DNA from: Eledone cirrhosa | Taxonomy: Eukaryota | Assembly: GCA_964016885.1 (NCBI GenBank) | Contig: OZ024754.1 | Location: 20,398,001-20,462,000 of the forward strand | Direction of reading: 5' to 3' | DNA: 64,000 nt | Shown: piece by piece, positions 26,301 to 38,364 of the stretch | How the letters are laid out: each line of letters begins with the position of its first letter | How positions within the stretch are numbered: position 1 is the stretch's first letter | Made by a program: the position numbers and the translations under genes | Notes under the pieces: model-generated | Told to the model about the DNA's origin: nothing | The model's database searches: none | What the model saw: only the letters and a program-made list of their open reading frames with translations

Positions 26301-29300
26301 CCATGGAACAAACTACCTGTGTGAGTTGTTAGCTGACGAGACTCTGCATCCTTTAAAACATACATGGAACAAACTACCTGCATCAGTTGTTAGCTGCCAA
26401 GACACTGCATCGTTTAAAACCTCCATGAAAGAAACTACCTGCATCAGTCGTTAGCTGCCAAGACACTGCATCCTTTAGAACCTCCATAGAACAAACTACC
26501 TGCATCAGTTGTTAGCTGTCGAGACACTGCATCCTTTAAAACTGCCAAAGAAAAAAACTACCTGCATCAGTTATTAGCTGTCAAGACACTGCATCTTTAA
26601 AACCTCCATGACACAAACTACCTGCATCAGTTAGTAGCTGCCAAGACACTGCATCCTTTAAAACCTCCATGACACAAACTACCTGCATCAGTTGTTAGCT
26701 GCCAAGACACTGCATCCTTTAAAACCTCCATGACACAAACTACATGCATCAGTTATTAGCTGCCAAGACACTGCATCCTTTAAAACCTCCATGACACAAA
26801 CTACATGCATCAGTTGTTAGCTGCCAAGACACTGCATCCTTTAAAACCTCCATGGAACAAACTACCTGCGTGAGTTGTTAGCTGACGAGACTCTGCATCC
26901 TTTAAAACCTCCATGGAACAAACTACCTGCATCAGTCGTTAGCTGCCAAGACACTGCATCCTTTAAAACCTCCATGGAACAAACTACCTGCATCAGTCGT
27001 TAGCTGCCAAGACACTGCATCCTTTAAAACCTCCATGGAACAAACTACCTGCATCAGTTGTTAGCTGCCAAGACACTGTATCCTTTAAAACCTCCATGGA
27101 ACAAACTACCTGCATCAGTTGTTAGCTGTCGAGACACTGCATCCTTTAATAACTCAATGGAACAAATTACCTCAATCAGTTGTTAGCTGCCAAGACACTA
27201 CATCCTTTAAAACCTCCATGAAACAAACTACATGCATCAGTTATTAGCTGCCAAGACACTGCATCCTTTAAAACCTCCATGAAACGCACTACCTGCATCA
27301 GTTTTGAGCTGCCAAGACACTGCATCCTTTAAAGCCTCCACGGAACAAACTACCTGTATCAGTTGTTAGCTGCGAAGACACTGCATCCTTTAATGCCTCA
27401 ATGGAACAAAGTACCTCAATGAGTTGTTAGCTGCCAAGACACTGCATCCTTTAAAATCTCAATGGAACAAACTACCTGCATCAGTTGTTAAGTGCCGAGA
27501 AAGTCCATCCTTGAAAACCTCCATGACACAAACTACCTGCATCAGTTGTTAGGTGCCAGGTCACTCCATCCTTTAAAACCTCTATGGAACACATTATCTG
27601 CATCAGTTGGTAGCTGCCAAGACACTGCATCCTTTAAAACCTCCATGACACAAACTACCTTCATCAGTCGTTAGCTGCCATGACACTGCGTCCTTGAAAA
27701 CCTCCATGGAACAAACTATCTGCATCAGTTATTAGCTGCCAAAACACTGCATCCTTTAAAACCTCAATGGAACAAACTACCTGCATCAGTTTTTAGCTGT
27801 CGAGATACTGCATCCTTTAAAACCTCCCTGAAACAAACTACCTGCATCAGTTGTTAGCTGTCGAGATACTGCATCCTTTAAAACCTCCATGAAACAAACT
27901 ACCTGCATCAGTATTTAGCTGCCAAGACACTGCATCCTTTAAAACCTCCATGACACAAACTTCCTTCATCAGTCGTTAGCTGCCATGACACTGCGTCCTT
28001 TAAAACCTCCATGGAACAAACTACCTGCATCAGTTGTTTGCTGCCAAGGCACTGCATTCTTTAAAACCTCCATGGAACAAACTACCTGCATCAGTTTGTA
28101 GCTGTCGAGATACTGCATCCTTTACACCTCCATGGAACAAACTACCTCAATCAATTGTTAGCTGCCAAAACACTGCATCCTTTAAAACCTCCATGGAACA
28201 AACTACCTGCATCAGTTGTTAGCTGTCGAGAGACTGCATCCTTTAAAACCTCCATGGAACAAACTACCTGGATCAGTTGTTAAGCTGCCAAGACACTGCA
28301 TCCTTGAAAACCTGCATGACACAAACTACCTGCATCAGTTGTTAGCTGCCAAGGCACTGCATTCTTTAAAACCTCCATGGAACAAACTACCTGCATCAGT
28401 TGTTAGATGTCGAAACTCTGCATCCTTTAAAACCTCCATAAAACAAACTCCCTACATCAGTTATTAGCTGTCAAGACAATGCATCCTTTAAAACCTCTAT
28501 GAAACAAACAACCTGCATCAGTTGTTAGCTGCCAACACACTGCATCCTTTAAAACCTCCATGAAAGAAACTACCTGCATCAGTTGTTAACTGCCAAGACA
28601 CTGCATCCTTTATAACCTCCATGGAACAAACTACCTGCATCAATTGTTAGCTGCCTAGACACTGCATCCTTTAAAACTCCCATGGAACAAACCACCTGCA
28701 TCAGTTGTTAGCTGTCAAGATAATGCATCCTTTAAAACCTCCATCAAACAAACTATCTGCATCAGTTGTTTGCTGTCGAGACTCTGTATCCTTTAAAACC
28801 TCAATGAAATAAAATACATGCATCAGTTGTTAGCTGCCGAGACACTGCATACTTTAAAACCTCCATGGAACAAACTACCTGCATCAGTTGTTAGCTGCCA
28901 AAACACTGCATCCTTTAAAACCTCCATGAAAGAAACTATCTGCATCAGTTGTTAGCTGCCAAGACACTGCATCCTTTAAAACAAACATGGAAGAATCTAC
29001 CTGCATCAGTTGTTAGCTGCCAAGACACTGCATCCTTTATAACCTCCATGAAACAAACTACCTGCATCAATTGTTAGCTGCCAAAACACTGCATCCTTTA
29101 AAACCTCCATGAAAGAAAATACCTGCATCAGTTGTTGGATATCGAGATACTGCATCCTTTAAAACCTCCATGAAACAAACTACCTGCATCAGTTGTTAGC
29201 TGTTGAGATGCTGCATGCTTTAAAACCTCCAAGGAACAAACTACATGCATCAGTTGTTAGCTGTCGAAACACTGCATCCTTTAAAACCTCCATGGAACAA

Positions 29301-32300
29301 ACTACCTGCATCAGTTGTTAGCTGCCAAGACACTGCATCCTTTAAAACAAACATGGAAGAAACTACCTGCATCAGTTGTTAGCTGCCAGGACAATGCATC
29401 CTTTAAAACCTCCATGGAACAAACTACATGCATCAGTTGTTAGCTGTCGAGACACTGCATCTCTAAAACCCCCATACGACAAACTACCTGCATCAGTTGT
29501 TAGCTGTCGAGACTCAGCTTCCTTTAAAACCTCCATGAAACAAACTACCTGCATCAGTTGTTAACTGCCAAGACACAGCATCCTTTATAACCTCCATGGA
29601 ACAAACTACCTGCATCAGTTGTTAGCTGTCGAGATACTGCCTCCTTTAAAACCTCCATGAAACAAACTACCTGCATCAGTTGTTAGCTGTTGAGATGCTG
29701 CATGGTTTAAAACCTCCATGGAACAAACTACATGCATCAGTTGTTAGCTGTCGAGACACTGCATCCTTTAAAACCTCCATGCAACAAATTACATGCATCA
29801 GTTGTTAGCTGCCAGGACACTGCATCCTTTAAAACCTCCCTGGAACAAACTACATGCATCAGTTGTTAGCTGCCAAGACACTGCATCCTTTAAAAGCTCC
29901 ATGAAAGAAAATAGCTGCATCAGTTGTTAGCTGTCGAGACACTGCATCCTTTAAAACCTCCATGCAACAAATTACATGCATCAGTTGTTAGCTGTCGAAA
30001 CTCTGCATCCTTTAAACCTCCATGAAAGAAATTACCTGCATCAGTTGTTAGCTGTTGAGATGCTGCATGCTTTAAAACCTCCATGGAACAAACTACTTGC
30101 ATCAGTTATTAGCTGTCAAGGCACTGCATCCTTTAAAACCTCCATGGACAAACTACCTGCATCAGTTGTTAGCTGCCGAGACACTGCATCCTTTAAAACC
30201 TCCATGGAACAAACTACATGCATCAGTTGTTAGCTGCCAAGACACTGCATCCTTTAATAACTCCATGAAAGAAAATAGCTGCATCAGTTGTTAGCTGTCA
30301 AGACACTACATCTTTAAAACCTCCATGCAACAAACTACATGCACCAGTTGTTAGCTGCCAAGAAACTACATCCTTTAAAACCTCCATGAAACAAACTACG
30401 TGCATCAGTTGTTACCTGCCAAGACACTTCATCCTTTAAAACCTCCATGGAACAAACTACATGCATCAGTTGTTAGCTGACGAGACTCTGCATCCTTTAA
30501 AACCTCCATGGAACAAACTTCCTGCATCAGTTGTTAGCTGCCAAGACACTGCATTCTTTAATAACTCAATGGAACAAATTACCTCAATCAGTTGTTAGCT
30601 GCCAAGACACTGCACCCTTTAAAACATCCATGAAACGCACTACCTGCATCAGTTGTTAGCTGTCGAGACACTGCATCCTTTAAAGCCTTCACGGAACAAA
30701 CTACCTGTATCAGTTGTTAGCTGCCAAGACACTGCATCCTTTAATACCTCAATGGAACAAAGTACCTCAATGAGTTGTTAGCTGCCAAGATACTGCATCC
30801 TTTAAAACCTCCATGGAACAAACTATCTGCATCAGTTGTTAGCTGCCGAGACACTGCATCCTTTAAAACCTGCATGAAACAAACTACCTGCATCAGTTGT
30901 TAGCTGCCGAGACAATGCATCCTTTATAACCTCTATGAAACAAACTACCTGCATCAGTTGTTATCTGCCAAGACACTGCATCCTTTATAACCTCCATGGA
31001 ACAAATTACCTGCATCAGTTGTTAGCTGCTAAGACACTGCATCCTTTGATACTTCCATGGAACAAACTACCTGCATCGGTTGTTAGCTGTCGAGACACTG
31101 CATCGTTTAAAACCTCCATGAAACAAACTACCTGCATCAGTTGTTAGCTGCCATCACACTGCATCCTTTAAAACCTCCATGGAACAAACTACCTGCATCA
31201 GTTGTTAGCTGCCAAGACACTGCATCCTTTAAAACCTCCATGGAACAAACTATCTGGATCAATTGTTAAGCTGCCAAGATACTGCATCCTTGAAAACCTG
31301 CATGACACAAACTACCTGCATCAGTTGTTAGCTGCCAAGGCACTGCATTCTTTAAAACCTCCATGGAACAAACTACCTGCATCAGTTGTTAGCTGTCGAG
31401 AGACTGCATCCTTTAAAACCTCCATGGAACAAACTATCTGGATCAATTGTTAAGCTGCCAAGATACTGCATCCTTGAAAACCTGCATGACACAAACTACC
31501 TGCATCAGTTGTTAGCTGCCAAGGCACTGCATTCTTTAAAACCTCCATGGAACAAACTACATGCATCAGTTGTTAGCTGACGAGACACTGCATTCTTTAA
31601 TAACTCAATGGAACAAATTACCTCAATCAGTTGTTAGCTGCCAAGACACTGCACCCTTTAAAACATCCATGAAACGCACTACCTGCATCAGTTGTTAGCT
31701 GTCGAGACACTGCATCCTTTAAAGCCTTCACGGAACAAACTACCTGTATCAGTTGTTAGCTGCCAAGACACTGCATCCTTTAATGCCTCAATGGAACAAA
31801 CTATCTGCATCAGTTGTTAGCTGCCGAGACACTGCATCCTTTATAACCTCCATGGAACAAACTATCTGCATCAGTTGTTAGCTGCCGAGACACTGCATCC
31901 TTTAAAACCTGCATGAAACAAACTACCTGCATCAGTTGTTAGCTGCCGAGACAATGCATCCTTTACAACCTCTATGAAACAAACTACCTGCATCAGTTGT
32001 TATCTGCCAAGACACTGCATCCTTTATAACCTCCATGGAACAAATTACCTGCATCAGTTGTTAGCTGCTAAGACACTGCATCCTTTGATACTTCCATGGA
32101 ACAAACTTCCTGCATCGGTTGTTAGCTGTCGAGACACTGCATCGTTTAAAACCTCCATGAAACAAACTACCTGCATCAGTTGTTAGCTGCCATGACACTG
32201 CATCCTTTAAAACCTCCATGGAACAAACTACCTGCATCAGTTGTTAGCTGTCGAGATACTGCATCCTTTATACCTCCATGGAACAAACTACCTGCATCAG

Positions 32301-34472
32301 TTATTAGCTGCCAAGACACTGCATCCTTTAAAATCGCCATGACACAATCTGCCTGCATCAATTGTTAGCTGCCATGACACTGCATCCTTTAAAACCTCCA
32401 TGGAACAAACTACCTGCATCAGTTGTTAGCTGCCAAGACACTGCATCCTTTAAAACCTCCATGGAACAAACTACCTGCATCAGTTGTTAGCTGCCAAGGC
32501 ACTGCATTCTTTAAAACCTCCATGGAACAAACTACCTGCATCAGTTGTTAGCTGTCGAGATACTGCATCCTTTATACCTCCATGGAACAAACTACCTGCA
32601 TCAGTTATTAGCTGCCAAGACACTGCATCCTTTAAAATCGCCATGACACAATCTGCCTGCATCAATTGTTAGCTGCCAAGACACTGCATCCTTTAAAACC
32701 TCCATGAAACAAACTACCTGCATCAGTTGTTAGGTGCCAGGAGACTGCATCCTTTAAAACCTCCATGGAACAAACTACATGCATCAGTTGTTAGCTGTGG
32801 AGACACTGCATCCTTTAAAACCTCCATGCAACAAACTACCTGCATCAGTTATTAGCTGTCAAGACACTGCATCCTTTAAAACCACCATGCAACAAACTAC
32901 CTGCATCAGTTGTTAACTGTCGAGACACTTCATCCTTTAAAACCTACATGAAACAAACTACCTGCATCAGTTGTTAGCTGTTGAGACACTGCATCCTTTA
33001 AAACCTCCATGAAACAAACTACCTGCATCAGTTGTTAGCTTCCAGGGCACTGCATCCTTTAAAACCTCCCTGGAACAAACTACCTGCATCATTTGTTAGC
33101 TGCCGAGACACTGCATCCTTTAAACATCCATGTAACAAACTACCTGCATCTGTTGTTAGCTGCCAAGACACTGCATCCTTTAATACCTCCATGAAACAAA
33201 CTACCTGTATCAGTTGTTAGCTGCCAAGACACTGCATCCTTTAAACATCCATGTAACAAACTACCTGCATCTGTTGTTAGCTGCCAAGACACTGCATCCT
33301 TTAATACCTTAATGGAACAAACTATCTCAATCAGTTGTTTGCTGCCAAGACACTGCATCCTTTAAAACCTCCATGAAACAAACTACCTGCATCAGTTTTT
33401 AGGTGCCAGGAGACTGCATCCTTTAAAACCTCCATGGAACAAACTACCTGAATCAGTTGTTAGCTGCCAAGATACTGCATCCTTTAATACCTCAATGCAA
33501 CAAACTACCTCAATGAGTTGTTAGCTGCCATGACACTGCATCCTTTAAAACCTCCATGGAACAAACTACCTGCATCAGTTGTTAGCTGTCGAGATACTGC
33601 ATCCTTTAAAACCTCCATGAAACAAACTATCTGCATCAGTTGTTAGCTGTCGAGAAACTGCATCCTTTAAAACCTCCATGAAACAAACTACCTCCATCAG
33701 TTGTTAGCTGCCAGGACACGGCATCCTTTAAAACCTCCATGGAACAGACTACATGCATCAGTTGTTAGCTGTCGAGACACTGCTTCCTTTAAAACCTCCA
33801 TGGAACAAACTACCTGCATCAGTTGTTAGCTGTCGAGATACTGCATCCTTTAAAACCTCCATGAAACAAACTACCTGCATCAGTTGTTAGCTCTTGAGAT
33901 ACTGCATCCTTTAAAACCTCCATGAAACAAACTACCTTCATCAGTTGTTAGCTGTCGAGACACTGCATCCTTTAAAACCTCCATGGAACAAACTACCTGC
34001 ATCAGTTGTTAGCTGTCGAGACACTGCCTCCTTTAAAACCTCCTTGACACAAACTACCTGCATCAGTTGTTAGCTGACAAGACACTGCATCCTTTAAATC
34101 CTCCATGGAACAAACTGCCTGCATCAGTTGTTAGCTGTCGAGATACTGCATCCTTTAAAACCTCCTTGACACAAACTACCTGCATCAGTTGTTAGCTGTC
34201 GAGACACTTCTTCCTTTAAACCTCCATGGAACAAACTACCTGCATCAGTTGTTAGCTGTCGAGATACTGCATCCTTTAAAACGTCCATGCTTCCTGAAAT
34301 TCACCAACACTACATCTGATACCCCACTCCATACACATGCACACATGTATATCATGACACATACACTGTTCACTCTTTTGACTTTTGTACATTATTCTAT
34401 GTACATGCACCTTTGATGTGTTGTAGTGCACCTGAGTACTGTACACAGTAATTTCATTATTATTATCATTAT
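11349..34472 (+). mobile_element. 5'-truncated CR1/L2-like LINE 3' end, inflated internally by a 61-bp satellite
   Basis: The left flank translates (with frameshifts) as FEHLFEFHVSNTRGHAYK...KHF..TLRVIEAxNKLPASVVSCQDTASF, the TRGH..K/FF..RV...WN.LP..VV......FK ORF2 C-terminal signature. The right flank continues FKTSMLPEIHQHYI* (stop 34317-34319), then a ~135-nt 3' UTR and an (ATT)n tail at 34456-34472. Confidence 0.85.
11474..34289. repeat. 61-bp satellite array, about 370 monomers (22.8 kb)
   Basis: Consensus aacaaactacctgcatcagttgttagctgccaagacactgcatcctttaaaacctccatgg, head-to-tail with no spacers. Copy number is length divided by 61. Confidence 0.98.
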
Positions 34473-34701
34473 ATATATACTCAGTCATATATACACACGG
34501 CCACATATATACCGTCATATATATACAGTCATACAACCATATATACTCAGTAACCATATATACTCAGTAATATATACACAGTAATATATATACACATGAA
34601 CATAAATACAGTAATATATACACCCAACCACATATATATACACACAACCATATATACACCTCAGTTATATATATATACACACAACCATATATACACCACA
34701 G

Positions 34702-34743
<42 letters not shown>

Positions 34744-34757
34744 CCAACCACATATAT
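34473..34757. repeat. Resumption of the (CA/TA)-rich minisatellite
   Basis: cagtcatatatacacac...cacccaaccacatatatatacacacaaccatatatacacctcagtt units. Confidence 0.85.
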
Positions 34758-36410
34758 ACTTGAGAGGTTTATGGTCCGTGTAAATAGAAAAAACAGAACC
34801 TTGTAACATGTGCCGGAAATGTCTCACACTGAGGTATGCTGCCAAAAGTTCCTGACTGAATGTGCTGTACTTTGTTTCTGCTGGTTTGAGTCGCCTAAAG
34901 AAGAAAAAAATTGGCTGCCATGCATCGTCTACACATTGTTGGAGGACGCAACCGACCCCGACATCCAATGAATCGGTGAACAGACCAAGCTGTGTGTCAG
35001 GTTTTGGATGAACCAACATTGTGGCCTCTGCTAAGGCCCACCTGACTCTCAGAAAAGCAGCCACTTGTGCATCATCGAAATTGATAAGCTGGTTCTTCCA
35101 TTTGCACTGCCGCAGGATGTCTGCTAGCGACTGGAGAGACTCTGCACAGTGAGGAATAAACCGGCGGTAAAAATTTATGAGGCTGATGAACTCATGTACT
35201 TTCCTAAGTGACGTAGGAGTGGGAAACTTCAAAATAGACTTAACTTTGTTGTGGAGGGAGCGGATTCCTTGTTTGTCAATGTGGTGTCCCAGAAAATCAA
35301 AGGAAGAAAAGCTGAAAAGGCATTTGAGGGGTTGATGATGACATCAAACTGAGAAAAATGCTCAAAAAGCAGCTGTAGGTGCCTTTTGTGTTCCTCCTGG
35401 GATGTGCTGGCTACCAGAATATCATCAATATATGCGTAGACACAGGGTAAACCACGTACTACTATGTCGATGAAATGCTGGAAGGTCAATGCAGCATTGT
35501 GTAAACTGAATGGCATTCTAAGAAACTCGATGAGGCCGAAAGGAGTAGTAATGGCCATTTTCGGAATGAAATCAGGTTCAACAGGAATCTGGTTGAATGC
35601 CCGCATGAGGTCAATTTTTGAAAAGACCCTAGCTCCATGTAGGGTAGCAGAGAAATCTTGTATGTTTGGCACCGGATACTTATCGGGTTTTGTGCGTGTG
35701 TTAAGAAAGCGATAGTCCCCACACGGTTGTCAGTCACCCACAGATTTCTTGGGAACCATATGAAGTGGGGGAAGACCAACTGCTACTGGATGGATGAACA
35801 ATGCCCACTTCTAGCATATGATCGAACTCTGCTTTAGCGATCTTAGCACGGTCAGGAGTGAGTCGCCGTGGTTTAGAAGAAACCGGAGGGCCCTCAGTCA
35901 TGATATGATGTGTAACACTGTGGGTCACCGGCCAACTATTAAAACTCAGGTGCAAGATACGACACTATCCCACCTGTGCAAGATATTGTCGTATCTGCTG
36001 GACTGAGGGAAGTTGCCTTAGTGCTAATACCGCAAACATAGAAGCCCATGGTGGAATCAATCAGCCTGTTGTGTTTAATGTCCACCAGGAGACCGAAATG
36101 GTGTAAGAAATCCGCTCCTAGGATCGGAGTCGGCAACTTTGCGATGACAAAAACCCGCTGGAAAACTCGGTGGAGCCCAAGATTAAGGGTTAAGGACTTT
36201 TCTCCACATGTGGGTATAGCAGAACGGTTCACCGCCTTGAGAAGGACTGCTGTAGGTTTCCTACTGCCTGACACCAGAGATGAGGGTATAACGCTAACCT
36301 CCGCTTCGGTGTTCACCAGAAAATGAACACCGGTTTATATGTCGCTAATGTGGAACAAGCGGCTAGGTTTGGAAGAGCCAGGTGTAGTTGCCACCATTAC
36401 TGCCTGGCCA
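34758..36410 (-). pseudogene. pol: pol pseudogene (protease, RT, RNase H)
   Basis: LVNTEAEVSVI and ILGADFL (decayed protease). FSKIDLMRAFNQIP, TTPFGLIEFLRMPF and YAYIDDILV (RT). FTDSLDVGVGCVLQQ, ETKYSTFSQELLA and YTDHKPL (RNase H). Several frameshifts. Confidence 0.92.
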
Positions 36411-37260
36411 CTTCATTTCTCGGAACATAACGAGAGTCCCTCCTAAAAGAACAGGGCAATAGGCATTTACGGGCCCTTTCTCCGAATTTACAGTGGTAAT
36501 AGCATATGGGATCAGTTGCTCAAGTATGACTCGGGTCTCGTGGGCGCTGATGAAAAATGCATCGAGATGCTGGCGCTGCTGCATGGCTGTAACTGCAGTT
36601 TAGCCATAAGAGCGTTCAGTTGCTCGTCCTGTTTTTCCACCTGTCCCTTGAGTGCCACCACCTCCGAAACAGAAGACGAGCAGGAAGAAGGAGAAAACAA
36701 GGAAGAAAAAGAGCTTACTAGTGGATGTGTGTGTGTCTCCTGGGTCACAAGTGACAATGGTGCTGCTACCTCAATGATCTTATTGGCTGAATCAGCTAGC
36801 GCCTCGATTGGGGTTGATAGTTCACTGGCCACCAAAATACTGCGAGTGGCTGGTGGCAGCCTTTCTAAGAAAAGTTGTTTTAAGATGGCTGGCTCCATGG
36901 TGTTTTCTCCCAACAGTTGCGTTAACCGTCTTAGGAACTGTGACGGTTTCCTATCGCCTAACTCCTCTGAATAAAGCAGCTAATTAATCCGTTGTTGCTG
37001 AGACACGGATGTCCTCTTTACAATATCGGACCTAAATATAGCATATGAATATGTGCCTGGTGGTGCTGTAAGCAAATCCCGGATCTGCTGCAGGCGCTCA
37101 GGAGGAAGCACCCCGACAACATGGGAAATTTTGGTCCTGTCTGCCGAAATATGGTGTGTTTCAAATTGGGCCTTGATGTATCTGAACCAAATGGTAGGAT
37201 GATGAGGCCAGAATGTCGGTATCTGCAGGGATATTGCTGCTTGTAAGGACGATGATGCTG
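36400..37260 (-). pseudogene. gag: gag pseudogene
   Basis: LQIPTFWPHHPTIWFRYIKAQF, ILKQLFLERLP and CYYHCKFGERARKCLLPC (Cx2Hx9Cx3C, at about 36450-36505). Interrupted reading frame. Confidence 0.87.
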
Positions 37261-37305
37261 GTGATTGTTCCGTATTGCAACGAAGCTGGGTAATTATTGA
37301 TTTAG

Positions 37306-37344
37306 CAGAAAGATGCATGTTCAAATCACGTTGGGATGTCACCA
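37306..37344 (-). promoter_or_regulatory. Extended tRNA-Trp primer-binding site
   Basis: Plus strand CAGAAAGATGCATGTTCAAATCACGTTGGGATGTCACCA aligns to the recalled tRNA-Trp 3' half CAGAAGGTTGCGTGTTCAAATCACGTCGGG--GTCACCA, 2 nt from the LTR. Confidence 0.8.
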
Positions 37345-37346
37345 AC

Positions 37347-37642
37347 TGAAGCGAAGCAAAGTCAGTAAGTGCTGTTAGAGGTGAAAGAACATGACAAAAT
37401 AGATGGTTTCATTTAGATATAAAATTTACTTCACTTCAGTGAATAAAGGAACAAAGAATAATATTACTACAAATCATAAAAGTTGACACTGTTTTTGTTG
37501 TTATTTCGTTATACTGAAATAGAGAGTAGCAAGAGATCGTTGGTTGGTAGTAGCAGCCAGGTAGTAGTACTCGCTAGTGACAAGAGAAGGTGACGTTTTC
37601 TGTTGGTGCTAGAAAATTCTTGGGAACATTTCTTTCGCTACA
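37347..37642 (-). repeat. 5' LTR of the second Gypsy element (296 bp)
   Basis: Minus strand begins TGTAGCGAAAG and ends CTTCGCTTCA (terminal inverted repeat, TG...CA), immediately before the PBS. Confidence 0.85.
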
Positions 37643-37674
37643 TATATACACACAACCATATATACACCACAGAT

Positions 37675-37870
37675 ATCATCATCATCGTTTAACATCTATC
37701 TTCCACGCTAGCATGGGTTAGATGGGAATTGTCCCATTTAAGGTAAGATTGTCTCGCTTGTCTAGTTTGGCAGGTTTTGGCAGGTTTTCTACGGTTGGAT
37801 ACCCTTCCCAACACCAACCACATTTACCGTGTGGACTGGGAGCTTTTTACTGTGTTACCTACATGGTGAA
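37675..37870 (-). mobile_element. SINE-like repeat with (ATG)n tail
   Basis: (atc)n gtttaacatc...gcatgggtt...ttttctacggttggatacccttcccaacaccaacca is the reverse complement of the 4700-4910 family. Confidence 0.7.
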
Positions 37871-38147
37871 ATTACAGCGTGGACTGTGTTTTTTTTTTCC
37901 TACCATTTTTTTTCCCTTCTCTCTTTCCTACTTCCCCCCCCCACCTCTTCCCTTTATCTTTTTTTTTGGTGACACCTACACGACCTCATTAGTTTGGACT
38001 GGATGTTGTGGTACCAACATTATTTACAGAGAAAGGGTGGTGTTGGCGGGAGTGGAAGGATGCAGTAGGGGTAGTGGGTTTGGATGTATGTTTGGTTTGG
38101 AGGGGCCTACTAACTGTAGGTTAACTTTGCACGCAGGGAGCGTGGGT

Positions 38148-38189
<42 letters not shown>

Positions 38190-38364
38190 ACCATATATAC
38201 ACCACAATTATATATATATATATATATATACACTACCATATATACACCATAACGGAGGACATGACGAAGGACTGTGACAAGTGGAGAGATGCTGAGCTGA
38301 ATAGGACCCGTCCCACCTTTGCATGCAGGGAAAAACGGACGTAAAATGATGATGATTATGATGA

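Larger units (their letters stand above)
34758..37642 (-). mobile_element. Second Ty3/Gypsy (CsRn1/Kabuki-like) element, truncated after the RNase H DHKPL motif; no integrase or 3' LTR
   Basis: LTR, tRNA-Trp PBS, gag, protease, RT and RNase H in order on the minus strand. Confidence 0.93.

Noticed and set aside
11474-34289. CRISPR-like array or tandem small-peptide genes (the many 60-120 aa ORFs)
   Set aside because: Monomers are head-to-tail with no unique spacers, there are no cas genes, and the context is eukaryotic. The ORFs arise because 61 is not a multiple of 3, so frames rotate and hit a stop about every three monomers.
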